From positions 18,787 through 82,786 of the forward strand of contig JALRBJ010000002.1 in assembly GCA_023257815.1 (NCBI GenBank): a stretch of 64,000 bases of DNA, written 5' to 3'. Shown here one piece after another: positions 45,288-53,653 of this stretch. Source of the stretch: Candidatus Saccharimonadia bacterium (GTDB lineage Bacteria; Patescibacteriota; Saccharimonadia; Saccharimonadales; Saccharimonadaceae). Positions within the stretch are counted from its first letter, which is position 1. Each line of letters opens with the position of its first letter. The position numbers and the translations under genes are program-made. Below the pieces are notes generated by a model that saw only the letters and a program-made list of their open reading frames with translations, was not told the origin of the DNA and searched no databases.

Positions 45288-45668
45288 ATGGCAAAGTATG
45301 TTGATGGATTTGTGTTAGTAATACCTAAGGGTAAAGAAACCGAATACGAAGAAATGGCTAAAATGGGGCGGGATTCATGGATGAAACATGGTGCGCTTCA
45401 GTATTTTGAATGTAGAGGCGAAGATCTGAAGCAGCAGGAAATGGGCGATATGAAGTCGCGTGCATACAAAGAAATGGCTGGCGCGACTGACGATGAAAAT
45501 GTCTGGTTTTCTTTTATTGTTTTCAATTCAAAAGAACATCGCGATGAAGTAAACAAAAAAGTTATGGACGAAATGAGCGAAGCCTATAAAGATCAGACTG
45601 ATTTTGAAATGCCGAATGATATGCAGAAAATGGCGTACGGCGGCTTTGAAGTTGCAATTGAAGGATAG
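45288..45668 (+). CDS. DUF1428 domain protein
   Basis: MAKYVDGFVLVIPKG...YFECRGEDL is typical of DUF1428. The start is preceded by AGAGGAG; the tracked ORF begins at 45210. Confidence 0.7.
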   Translation: MAKYVDGFVLVIPKGKETEYEEMAKMGRDSWMKHGALQYFECRGEDLKQQEMGDMKSRAYKEMAGATDDENVWFSFIVFNSKEHRDEVNKKVMDEMSEAYKDQTDFEMPNDMQKMAYGGFEVAIEG

Positions 45669-45748
45669 ATATTGCTGACAGTTTTAGCTACGTCTTGTAA
45701 TACATCATAGTGGTAGTGCTTGCGAATTACCCAATAACTACTCATAAT

Positions 45749-47020
45749 ATGCAGCTAATTATGCCAAGTACCAAAGATCTAGAAGAACGACGAGAATTCC
45801 GTAACCACTTACAAGATGTCGTTACGAGCGAGGAACGACTTGGAAATATTGCCCTTGGTTTGGTGAAAGCAATCCACCGCTTCCCCATTAATGGAGACAA
45901 AAAACAAGCAAGCTTAGAGCTTGTTAGGGCGTGGGTTAATTACGTCAAAGACAATGACGTTCCCGAAGATAATCCATACGCAATCAGGTATCACATAACT
46001 CAATTTGCCGCAAAAGAGCTGGGTGAAGTACATACTTTTGGTGAGTTGCACGAAGTAGACCTAGCTCAATTAATACAAGACGGTGTGTCGTACGAAGAAA
46101 TTTTATCTGCTCATGTATCGCCTGATATTCTTTATGACCAGGATGTTGCAATCGTTGGTGGTGCAGCTCGAATAGCACTGAAGATGCATGCCGGCGTAGA
46201 TATTCGAACCGAACTTCCGATCAATGACATCGATGCAGTTATTACTGCCGAAACAGATGATGTAAGCAAAAAAGCAGATTCATACGGTGTTGATCTTACT
46301 GATACAAAGATTGTTGACGGTGATGTTCGTACTGCTTTAGAAGGCCTAGTTAGTAACGTTGACTGCAGCATTAACCAAGTTGCCATACACAACGGCAAAC
46401 TACTGTTTTCGCAGAAAGCTCTTGAAGATATAAAAGAAGGTACTATTCGTTTATTAGCAAAAAACGACCCTCTATTCGGTGCCGAAGGTGTGATACTTAG
46501 CGATGGTCATACTTACATTAACCGCGTTGGATTCTATAGAGGCTTGAGTTTCTTGCTGCGAGGCAAAGGTGATCGACTAAAAGTATCGCAAGAAAACATA
46601 GACCGAGAAAAAGATTCTATTGGCCGCTACTGGCAAATTCTACTATTTGTGAAGTTACTTCCCATGCAAGATGAAGAGGCACGTTATAAAGCCGTTGGTC
46701 ATTGGCATGACATTGCCCACAGGCTCGGCGTTACTAAAAGCGTAGGACCTGAGGAATTTTTGGCAGAACTCATGAAAAAATTCCCCGATACCAGCGCAGG
46801 AAGCAAGAATACGTACGATGCCGTAGCCCAGGCTCGCTGGATTGTAGAAAGACTGATTAATAGTGCAATTGGTCGACTATATGACACAGAGGAGTTCGTT
46901 AGCCCCGAGACCTACACAGAGGCAGACCTTACTTTATCTGAAACTATAGCCGACTATGATTATCGGTCTTTTTTGAAAGCAGCCCAAGCCGTACACACAA
47001 GCCAGCCAGTGATCAACTAG
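45749..47020 (+). CDS. Nucleotidyltransferase-fold protein distantly resembling the CCA-adding/poly(A) polymerase head domain
   Basis: VGGAARIAL...INDIDAVI resembles GGxVRDxLL...DxD. NVDCSINQVAI...GKLLFSQKALEDIKEGTIRLL resembles RRDFTINAxA...DPxGGxxDLxxGxIR. The start is uncertain (45710, 45749 or 45761). Confidence 0.4.
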   Translation: MQLIMPSTKDLEERREFRNHLQDVVTSEERLGNIALGLVKAIHRFPINGDKKQASLELVRAWVNYVKDNDVPEDNPYAIRYHITQFAAKELGEVHTFGELHEVDLAQLIQDGVSYEEILSAHVSPDILYDQDVAIVGGAARIALKMHAGVDIRTELPINDIDAVITAETDDVSKKADSYGVDLTDTKIVDGDVRTALEGLVSNVDCSINQVAIHNGKLLFSQKALEDIKEGTIRLLAKNDPLFGAEGVILSDGHTYINRVGFYRGLSFLLRGKGDRLKVSQENIDREKDSIGRYWQILLFVKLLPMQDEEARYKAVGHWHDIAHRLGVTKSVGPEEFLAELMKKFPDTSAGSKNTYDAVAQARWIVERLINSAIGRLYDTEEFVSPETYTEADLTLSETIADYDYRSFLKAAQAVHTSQPVIN

Positions 47021-47070
47021 TCCTGAGCACCCCTTTGCGCAATTATTTTTAATAAAACTGTACACAACTA

Positions 47071-47099
47071 TTGACATTTATCACATTATATAGTATTAT
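47071..47099 (+). promoter_or_regulatory. Sigma70-type promoter, TTGACA-N17-TATTAT
   Basis: -35 at 47071-47076 and -10 at 47094-47099, about 50 nt upstream of the ATG at 47149. Confidence 0.55.
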
Positions 47100-47148
47100 T
47101 GGATTGATTCGATGTCTCAGTCATCGAACAGTTCCAGAGGAGATTCAC

Positions 47149-47325
47149 ATGAAGAAGCTCGCCCTCGCGACCGGTGGTCTGGTGGCCGCCAACGTCGTCG
47201 CGAACATCGGCATCAACAAGATCGCTACGACGGGAGGTATCGGCAGGCTGGTCTTCGTGGTCACCCCGTACCTCATCCCCGCCCCGATCAACTACTACCT
47301 CATGGTCAACGGCGACACGGCCTGA
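47149..47325 (+). CDS. 58-aa Gly-rich hydrophobic peptide on a GC-rich insert
   Basis: MKKLALATGGLVAANVVANIGINKIATTGGIGRLVFVVTPYLIPAPINYYLMVNGDTA. GAGGAG lies 6 nt upstream. By my count 53 of 58 codons end in G/C, which is foreign to this genome. Confidence 0.5.
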   Translation: MKKLALATGGLVAANVVANIGINKIATTGGIGRLVFVVTPYLIPAPINYYLMVNGDTA

Positions 47326-47339
47326 GCCGGCGGAACTCC

Positions 47340-47401
47340 GCCCCCGAAAACGGTACCCGAAGTGGTTCAGCCCTTCGTCGAGCCGTTTCGGGGGCCGTTT
47401 T
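47340..47401 (+). terminator. Long GC-rich hairpin plus T-run
   Basis: gcccccgaaaacgg ... ccgtttcgggggc (one bulge, ~29-nt loop) followed by CGTTTTC. Confidence 0.5.
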
Positions 47402-47721
47402 CATAAGATTTTATAGTAAGGTTAAATGAAATAGCTTACTCTCTTGCATTACTATCTACGCTTAGAGACTGCGTTCTTACACATAAACTTTTAGAAAACA
47501 CTATATAATATCATTAAGCCCAAGCGGGCTATAGCCTAAAGCCACTCAGATGAGAAGGTATGGTTAAAAATCTATCAGGAAGTAAAAGCTCGTCGTCAGA
47601 GCACTATTTCCTGATAGTCACATCCGAAAGGATGTGGGTGGCCTAAAAACCATCACTGGCGGCGGGCTTTTAGTTTTGCCGCCAGGAATACTAACTCAAA
47701 GGATCGACAGGAGGATTCTTT

Positions 47722-48108
47722 ATGAATACAAAACAAGCAAAGCCATGGTACAAGAAATGGTGGGTGTGGCTAATTATCATCCTCATACTGATTGGAATTG
47801 GAGGTGCAGCAGGTGGGAATAATGGCGCAAACTCAAGCAGCACATCAGAGATGAAAAGTAATGAAACCGCTCAGCCAGCCAAGCCAAAGTGGGATGTTGA
47901 AGATGCCTACTCCAAAGTAAACGATGGCATGACCAAGGCCGAGGTTGAAGCTGCTGTTGGTAAAACTTCAGATAATTGTAGCGAGAGTAGTATGCAATAC
48001 GTTGGTAAAACCGAGATTTGTACGTACGGCAGCCTAGGCGACAACGGATCAATTACTGTAACCTATCAAAATGACAAGGTGGCATCTAAAGCTAAAACAA
48101 AGTTCTAA
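47722..48108 (+). CDS. Membrane-anchored small secreted protein (DUF3862/BLIP-like C-terminus)
   Basis: 128-aa ORF with a CAGGAGG SD and a TM anchor (WWVWLIIILILIGIGG). The C-terminal part GMTKAEVEAAVG...ITVTYQNDKV is typical of DUF3862-like domains. Confidence 0.5.
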   Translation: MNTKQAKPWYKKWWVWLIIILILIGIGGAAGGNNGANSSSTSEMKSNETAQPAKPKWDVEDAYSKVNDGMTKAEVEAAVGKTSDNCSESSMQYVGKTEICTYGSLGDNGSITVTYQNDKVASKAKTKF

Positions 48109-48130
48109 CAAAACCAGTCATATCAAACAA

Positions 48131-48156
48131 AATCCCGCTTCGCCACAAGCGGGATT
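48131..48156. terminator. Bidirectional intrinsic terminator
   Basis: aatcccgctt-cgccac-aagcgggatt lies between convergent genes. TTTTGTTT follows on the minus strand. Confidence 0.7.
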
Positions 48157-48161
48157 TATGT

Positions 48162-48401
48162 TCAACTCTTCTTTTCTTTGCGCCTGAATGCCCTTAGCAT
48201 GAAGAAAGTTTCTGCAGCTTCAAGCACGGCAATAACCAAGATAAATAACTGAGCATTACCCAACATGTACCTATCAAGATCAATAAGCAAAGAAATGATA
48301 AAGATACATACGATTAATACAAAGACTATTGTTTGTGTGATTATGTATGGCTTTTTGGTTAATTTAACCAAGCCATACGCTTTTACTGTAATTTCACTCA
48401 T
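48162..48401 (-). CDS. Small membrane protein
   Basis: 79-aa ORF with two hydrophobic helices. Confidence 0.45.
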   Translation of the reverse strand: MSEITVKAYGLVKLTKKPYIITQTIVFVLIVCIFIISLLIDLDRYMLGNAQLFILVIAVLEAAETFFMLRAFRRKEKKS

Positions 48402-48468
48402 ATCAGGCAGTATAAACTACCCGCCTAAGCTTTCATAGAATAGTTTTAGATATAGCTATGAAAATATA

Positions 48469-48486
48469 TATTCTAGTGCTAGAATA
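48469..48486. promoter_or_regulatory. Palindromic operator tattctagtgctagaata (putative PadR box)
   Basis: Perfect 8+2+8 palindrome. The 20-bp core tatattctagtgctagaata is identical to the reverse complement of the core of the palindrome at the padR start (50473-50504). It lies in the divergent intergenic region between 48401 and 48555. Confidence 0.6.
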
Positions 48487-48554
48487 ATAAACATGAGCTT
48501 TTTATTACTCAAGCACCTTGAATCTATAAAGAAATCACAGGAGGCACTTACAAT

Positions 48555-48941
48555 ATGAATGTAAAACAATTCTTAAAAGCAACATTATTTGGTTTTTTAA
48601 TTTGGCTAATACCCCTATTAATTTCGTTCGTCTTTTACAATCAGGAACGTCAGTTAGTTATCGATCAAACATTTTTCAAGTCGATCATGGTTATAACACT
48701 TAGTACTGTGGTTATATTGCTATGCAGTAGTTATTTCAAACGACTTAAAGACATGTACTTACGGCAAGGGTTATTTGTTGGGGTTTGGTGGCTTGCAATC
48801 AACTTAACATTGGATGCTGTTATTCTGCTACCTTGGTTGAAGATAGGCTTTGCTGACTACTTCATGCAAACGGGCATACGTTACCTAACTATGCCAATCA
48901 CAACTTTGGGCATCAGCTATCTACTCTCGAAAAGAGGGTAG
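48555..48941 (+). CDS. Integral membrane protein
   Basis: 128-aa ORF with a CAGGAGG SD and about four hydrophobic helices. Confidence 0.5.
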   Translation: MNVKQFLKATLFGFLIWLIPLLISFVFYNQERQLVIDQTFFKSIMVITLSTVVILLCSSYFKRLKDMYLRQGLFVGVWWLAINLTLDAVILLPWLKIGFADYFMQTGIRYLTMPITTLGISYLLSKRG

Positions 48942-48981
48942 ATAGCCGCTACCAGCGAAGTAGTGGTAAGCTCTGCTGACT

Positions 48982-49959
48982 CTAAACAGCTTTAAGAATT
49001 TCTACCGCACTCTTTTCTTGGAGGGAAAGTGCTTTGAGTTTCTGTGATGCCTGGAGCACATAGGTACGCTCACCTGTTTGTGCAACTTTTTCAAATAGTG
49101 CTATTACTTCAGACCAGCTCTTAGCAACATCAATAAACGCTGCGTATGCCTCCCCGATAACTTTGTTGGCCGTTAGTTCATAGGCTTCTTTCAAGAAGTC
49201 TCGGTACAAATTCCTAAACAGCGCACCGCCCGTTCCGGCTCGTTCCATGATCATCGCCGAAGTAGCAAACTCCGTCTGTATATCTTTTGAGCGGTCAAAC
49301 CATTTAATAATTTCTTCACTCGCTTTTTCAATACCGCTTGGACCAAGATTTTTGATTGGTGGGTTGAGATAAACTTTGACGTTTGAACGGATTGCAGCAA
49401 CCGCTGCGTCTTTTAGTGGCGTAGTTTTTCCATCTTTTTCAAGGATGTAGTAAAGATTCCTGGAAGACATTGGTCCTTTTTCGTTGCGCGCCAACTCTAG
49501 GCTCCTTAGCGATGTACTAACTTCAGACCCTTGCTGATTCGTGTCAACTAAAAATGCGTTGTGATCATCGTAGCCCAACATAGCCACATAATGACCAGCA
49601 AAGTGAATTGGATTTGAAAAGTACTCAAGATGATAGCAGTCGAGCTTTAGCCCGACTGCCCTTTCGTCATCAAGTAGTTCTTTTACGCCTTGCCAAGCTT
49701 TAGCAATTGATGAAGTCTCTTTAACTGTTAATCTCAACCTCAAGTTCTTGGCAATGTTTGCAGTTAGTTGATCAGGCTTTACACGGCCACCAATAAATGG
49801 AAAATCCATCGTTTTCATATTCCATACAATAAAGCTCAGACCTTCACCAAGCCCAAATAGCATCGGCTCACTTAATTCAACGTCAATTTGGTTAAGTAAT
49901 GTACCAGTAGCCGTGCTTTCGCAGTGCTGCCCGACATATGGTTTTACGCTTACTTTCAT
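48982..49959 (-). CDS. BtrH_N / DUF4872-type (papain-like fold) protein
   Basis: 325-aa ORF. The N-terminus (HCESTATGTLL...PMLFGLGEGLSF) and the later HYVAMLGYDD recall the BtrH N-terminal domain family. Overlaps padR by 4 nt. Confidence 0.45.
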   Translation of the reverse strand: MKVSVKPYVGQHCESTATGTLLNQIDVELSEPMLFGLGEGLSFIVWNMKTMDFPFIGGRVKPDQLTANIAKNLRLRLTVKETSSIAKAWQGVKELLDDERAVGLKLDCYHLEYFSNPIHFAGHYVAMLGYDDHNAFLVDTNQQGSEVSTSLRSLELARNEKGPMSSRNLYYILEKDGKTTPLKDAAVAAIRSNVKVYLNPPIKNLGPSGIEKASEEIIKWFDRSKDIQTEFATSAMIMERAGTGGALFRNLYRDFLKEAYELTANKVIGEAYAAFIDVAKSWSEVIALFEKVAQTGERTYVLQASQKLKALSLQEKSAVEILKAV

Positions 49960-50474
49960 ACTGTCATCCTTTCTAGCTCTTCATTAATCCAGTGCAACTC
50001 TGATTTAAGAAGCGTTTCACTCAAGCTAAATAATTGCTGTGCTGATCGTGGTACATTTTTTGCCAATGATTGTGCAGCTTGCAAGGCATCAAGATCTGAA
50101 GAAAGTTGCGTTTTGCGCTGCCGTAAGGCGTCTTCAAGATCCGCAGATTCAACAAGATCACTTGAGGCAAGACCTGTCATAATATGCATATTAGCCGGAT
50201 TACGATTTGCGATAAGTTTTTTTGTTTCGTCTTTCAAGACGGCGCTACCCTTGGGCGTAATAGAGAATTGTTTCTTTTCTTTTCCTTGACTCGCGCTACT
50301 CTTAACAAGCTGCTTGCTTTCAAGCTTATCAAGAATGTAGTAAATAGACGAAAAGCCTATATCAGCCCATTTTCGCATGCCTCTTTCGGTAATAACTTTT
50401 TCGATATCATAACCATGATGAGGCTGTTCTGCTAGAATTCCCAGAATAAGATGTTCAGATAATGATAGACTCAT
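49956..50474 (-). CDS. PadR-family transcriptional regulator
   Basis: LILGILAEQPHHGYDIEKVI...SSIYYILDKLESKQLV is the canonical PadR winged-helix sequence. Confidence 0.85.
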   Translation of the reverse strand: MSLSLSEHLILGILAEQPHHGYDIEKVITERGMRKWADIGFSSIYYILDKLESKQLVKSSASQGKEKKQFSITPKGSAVLKDETKKLIANRNPANMHIMTGLASSDLVESADLEDALRQRKTQLSSDLDALQAAQSLAKNVPRSAQQLFSLSETLLKSELHWINEELERMTV

Positions 50475-50504
50475 ATTTATATTCTAGCACTAGAATATAA
50501 ATAT
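50473..50504. promoter_or_regulatory. 32-bp perfect palindrome overlapping the padR start codon (putative autoregulatory operator)
   Basis: atatttatattctag-ca-ctagaatataaatat has 15-bp arms and shares its core with 48469-48486. Confidence 0.65.
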
Positions 50505-50557
50505 AGCAATAAAATGACTATATAACCATGCATTTAAAGAATTCGCTGACTCACTAT

Positions 50558-51664
50558 CTATAGATTTACAAGATGTTCACGTGAGCGAGTTGCCGTCTCA
50601 AGTGCCTCATCAAAAGTTGCAGCAAGCGTGGTTACATGACCAATTTTACGCGCAATACGTGGAGTTTTACCGTATAGATGAAGCTTTGTATCTTTTTCTG
50701 CAGCAATTTTATCAATGCCAGTTCGATCTAGCAGCCCTTCACGAGTACCAAGTACATTTACCATTACGGCAACTGGCGCAACCTGTTCCGTGCTACCAAG
50801 CGGCAACCCTGTAACTGCACGAACATGCTGCTCGAACTGAGAAGTTTTATTTGCTTCTATCGTAAGATGCCCTGAATTATGTACACGTGGTGCGATTTCG
50901 TTGACAATAACCTCACCATTTACTAGAAACATTTCGATCGCGAACACACCAGCGCCATTAAGGTGTTTCAGTACTTCCCTTGCGAGATCCTCTGCTTTTT
51001 TATGAACAGAACTATCAACTTCAGCGGGTGAGATAACTGTGTGGCAAATATTATCTTCATGCACAGTTTCAACAACCGTATATGTTACAACATTGCCCCG
51101 TACATCACGGGCTGCAACAACTGCCAGCTCTTTTTCAAACTCTAGCTTTTGCTGAACATACATTTCAGCGTCTTGAAACTTCTCGGCAATTCGTGGATCA
51201 TCAAGCCTATCAACAACCAGATTACCCCTCCCGTCGAAGCCACCCTTTCGACTCTTAACAACGTAAGGGCCTTCGCCTAATGAGGCACTGGCCTCAAGAT
51301 CTTCGCTGAACGGTGCTACCGGAATACCAAGACTCTGTAAATAACAACTTTGTGTAAGTTTATCTTGAATGATCATTAAAGTTGCAGGATCAGCCTGAAT
51401 GTCATGACCCGCCTCTTGTAGTTCGACTAGTAAGTCGGCTGGAATGTGTTCGATCTCCCACGTTGTAACATCGCTCTCATTTACCAAGCACTCAATTGCG
51501 GCTTCATCTTTAATTCCACCTTCGATTACCTCTGCACCAACTTGACCAGCAGGACAATCTTTTGAATTCTCAACTACTTTTACTTGGAATCCTAGCTCTT
51601 TTGCAGGTGGTACTATCATACGTCCAAGTTGGCCACCTCCTATAATCCCAATTCTTTCAATCAT
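50558..51664 (-). CDS. purK: N5-carboxyaminoimidazole ribonucleotide synthase
   Basis: 368-aa ATP-grasp protein with an IGIIGGGQLGRM N-terminus. Confidence 0.85.
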   Translation of the reverse strand: MIERIGIIGGGQLGRMIVPPAKELGFQVKVVENSKDCPAGQVGAEVIEGGIKDEAAIECLVNESDVTTWEIEHIPADLLVELQEAGHDIQADPATLMIIQDKLTQSCYLQSLGIPVAPFSEDLEASASLGEGPYVVKSRKGGFDGRGNLVVDRLDDPRIAEKFQDAEMYVQQKLEFEKELAVVAARDVRGNVVTYTVVETVHEDNICHTVISPAEVDSSVHKKAEDLAREVLKHLNGAGVFAIEMFLVNGEVIVNEIAPRVHNSGHLTIEANKTSQFEQHVRAVTGLPLGSTEQVAPVAVMVNVLGTREGLLDRTGIDKIAAEKDTKLHLYGKTPRIARKIGHVTTLAATFDEALETATRSREHLVNL

Positions 51665-52485
51665 TACTGGCCACCCCTATTAAACTGTCCCGTAGCGGCC
51701 GCAACCCATGCATATTTATCGGCAACGTAATCAAGCGACTGTCCATCACGGTATAACTGTTTATCGACCATCTGATCCGGATCCCCACCTGGCCAAATTC
51801 GCCATGAATCATTGTCAATAACATCGGCTACGACTATTTCACCCTCTTCTGTAATACCACATTCAATCTTCATATCCACCAGCGTTACATCTTGGTCTTT
51901 CCAGGCTGCTTCAAGTATTCCAAAAGTACTGATCGCAAGTTCTCTTACACGCTGTTGTTGTGCTGGAGCCAAGCCAAATTTTGACTCATCTACTTCATCA
52001 ACATCAAGCATCGTGTCAGGACCAATCGGAGCATCAGCACGATATTGAAACACTTTATCCCCCACTATCTCTAGTAGTGGGTCATGGTTAGCATCATCTT
52101 TCGCAAACATCTCAAACTCAATGTCATCAAAAGTAGACCTGGGCTCTCTGCCTGGATTACGCTTCAAGTATGAACCGAAAGCAACCCGCCTTGTTACTAA
52201 TTCAATTGGTATCATCTCAACAGCCAGAGCACGAAAGGTTCGATCGTCAAAACGACCCACAAAATGCGTTGGAATACCTGCACGCTGCAGTAGCTCAAAT
52301 ACATTTGCCGTTGTCTCGGTGGCAAATTCCGCTTTCCCTGCAATGAGATCTCTTCTTGCGCCATCACCAGCTGTAATATCATCTTTACTTTCAACAAGTA
52401 CCTGGCCTGGCATACTTGATGGCCAGATTCGCTTTGTCTTGCCTTCAGCTAGTGGTAAGTCTGGTATATCAATTCCCTGTTTCAT
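51664..52485 (-). CDS. purC: Phosphoribosylaminoimidazole-succinocarboxamide synthase
   Basis: 273-aa ORF with EGKTKRIW, MIPIELVTRR and LVDMKIECG motifs of SAICAR synthase. Confidence 0.85.
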   Translation of the reverse strand: MKQGIDIPDLPLAEGKTKRIWPSSMPGQVLVESKDDITAGDGARRDLIAGKAEFATETTANVFELLQRAGIPTHFVGRFDDRTFRALAVEMIPIELVTRRVAFGSYLKRNPGREPRSTFDDIEFEMFAKDDANHDPLLEIVGDKVFQYRADAPIGPDTMLDVDEVDESKFGLAPAQQQRVRELAISTFGILEAAWKDQDVTLVDMKIECGITEEGEIVVADVIDNDSWRIWPGGDPDQMVDKQLYRDGQSLDYVADKYAWVAAATGQFNRGGQ

Positions 52486-52628
52486 AGTCTCCCTCGCTTA
52501 TGATCCAATAAATAGAGCTTACTTCCATGCTTACTTCATTACAAGCATAAACTTTTACCAAATTCCTTGTGCTTGTTTGAGCGGTAAAAGTAAGTAATAA
52601 TAACGCTAACTAATAGGAGGTGCAGAAT

Positions 52629-53180
52629 ATGACAAGAATTGGCGGCGAACTACCTAAAGATCATCTACTTGTTGGAGTAACGATGGGTTCCGACTCGGAT
52701 CTTAAGATCATGCGACACGTTGGTAGTACACTCGACGAGTTTGGTGTTCCTTACGAAGAACGCATAATTTCAGCACATCGCACTCCAGAAGCAATGATGA
52801 AATATGGACGCGAAGCGGCACGTCGCGGCCTACAGGTGCTTGTTGCAGGTGCTGGCGGCTCTGCACACTTACCAGGTATGCTTGCATCTGAAACGAGGCT
52901 TCCAGTTTTAGGTGTTGCAATCGAATCCTCACCTGATCCTACAAATGCAGCGCTCGGTTCAATGATTCGCATGCCTAAAGGTGCTCCTCTTGCTACTATG
53001 GGTAAAAATGAGGCCGCAGCCGCAAATGCAGGTCTTGAAGCAGTGCGTATTTTAGCACTATCTGATCCAGAGCTAGCCGAGCAGTATGAAGAATGGATGC
53101 GACGCCAAGCACGAGAAGTGGAAGAAAAAGACCTCCGGCTTCAAAGTGAAGGTGCAGCCGCATACTTAAGCAACACCTAA
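52629..53180 (+). CDS. purE: N5-carboxyaminoimidazole ribonucleotide mutase
   Basis: MGSDSDL, SAHRTPE and AGGSAHLPGM motifs. ATG at 52629 is preceded by TAGGAGG. Confidence 0.9.
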   Translation: MTRIGGELPKDHLLVGVTMGSDSDLKIMRHVGSTLDEFGVPYEERIISAHRTPEAMMKYGREAARRGLQVLVAGAGGSAHLPGMLASETRLPVLGVAIESSPDPTNAALGSMIRMPKGAPLATMGKNEAAAANAGLEAVRILALSDPELAEQYEEWMRRQAREVEEKDLRLQSEGAAAYLSNT

Positions 53181-53224
53181 CTCCTAGTTAGTACAAACCT
53201 ATCACGACTTGATACTATAGAGTC

Positions 53225-53638
53225 ATGGCAGAGCCTAAGACTAAAGTAAATGATGCGAGTGTGGAAGATTTTCTTGGCAGTATAGAGAATGAAACTCGCC
53301 AAAAAGATGGTTTTGAACTTTTAGAGCTTTATAAACGTGTGACTGGGCTTGAGCCAAAAATGTGGGGTTCAAGCATTGTGGGTTTTGGCATGTATCACTA
53401 CAGATCGGGACGTAGTTCGCAAGAAGGTGATTGGCCACTTGCCGCCTTTTCACCGCGCAAACAAAGTTTAACACTCTATGTTGATCCGCAAAATTTTCCC
53501 GACCTACTAAAAGATTTGGGTAAACATACGACCAGCGTCGCTTGTTTATATATTAAAAAGCTTGATGACATTGACCTTAAGGCGCTTGAGAGGTTAGTTA
53601 GCGCTAGCTTTAAGCAAGCTAAAGAAGATTACACTTAG
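53225..53638 (+). CDS. DUF1801 (YdhG-like) domain protein
   Basis: 137-aa ORF with KMWGSSIVGFGMYHY...AAFSPRKQSLTLYV, typical of DUF1801. Confidence 0.7.
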   Translation: MAEPKTKVNDASVEDFLGSIENETRQKDGFELLELYKRVTGLEPKMWGSSIVGFGMYHYRSGRSSQEGDWPLAAFSPRKQSLTLYVDPQNFPDLLKDLGKHTTSVACLYIKKLDDIDLKALERLVSASFKQAKEDYT

Positions 53639-53653
53639 GTGACCGAACAAGCT

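Noticed and set aside
47619-47636. The hairpin cacatcc-GAAA-ggatgtg as domain IV of SRP (4.5S) RNA.
   Set aside because: The stem is perfectly paired. It lacks the conserved asymmetric and symmetric loops (AGG/AGCA) and the flanking helix of SRP RNA.
52553-52593. The hairpin cttttacc...ggtaaaag in the purC/purE divergent region as a purine or ZTP riboswitch.
   Set aside because: It has none of the conserved ZTP (pfl) or purine riboswitch core sequences. It is probably just part of AT-rich promoter DNA.
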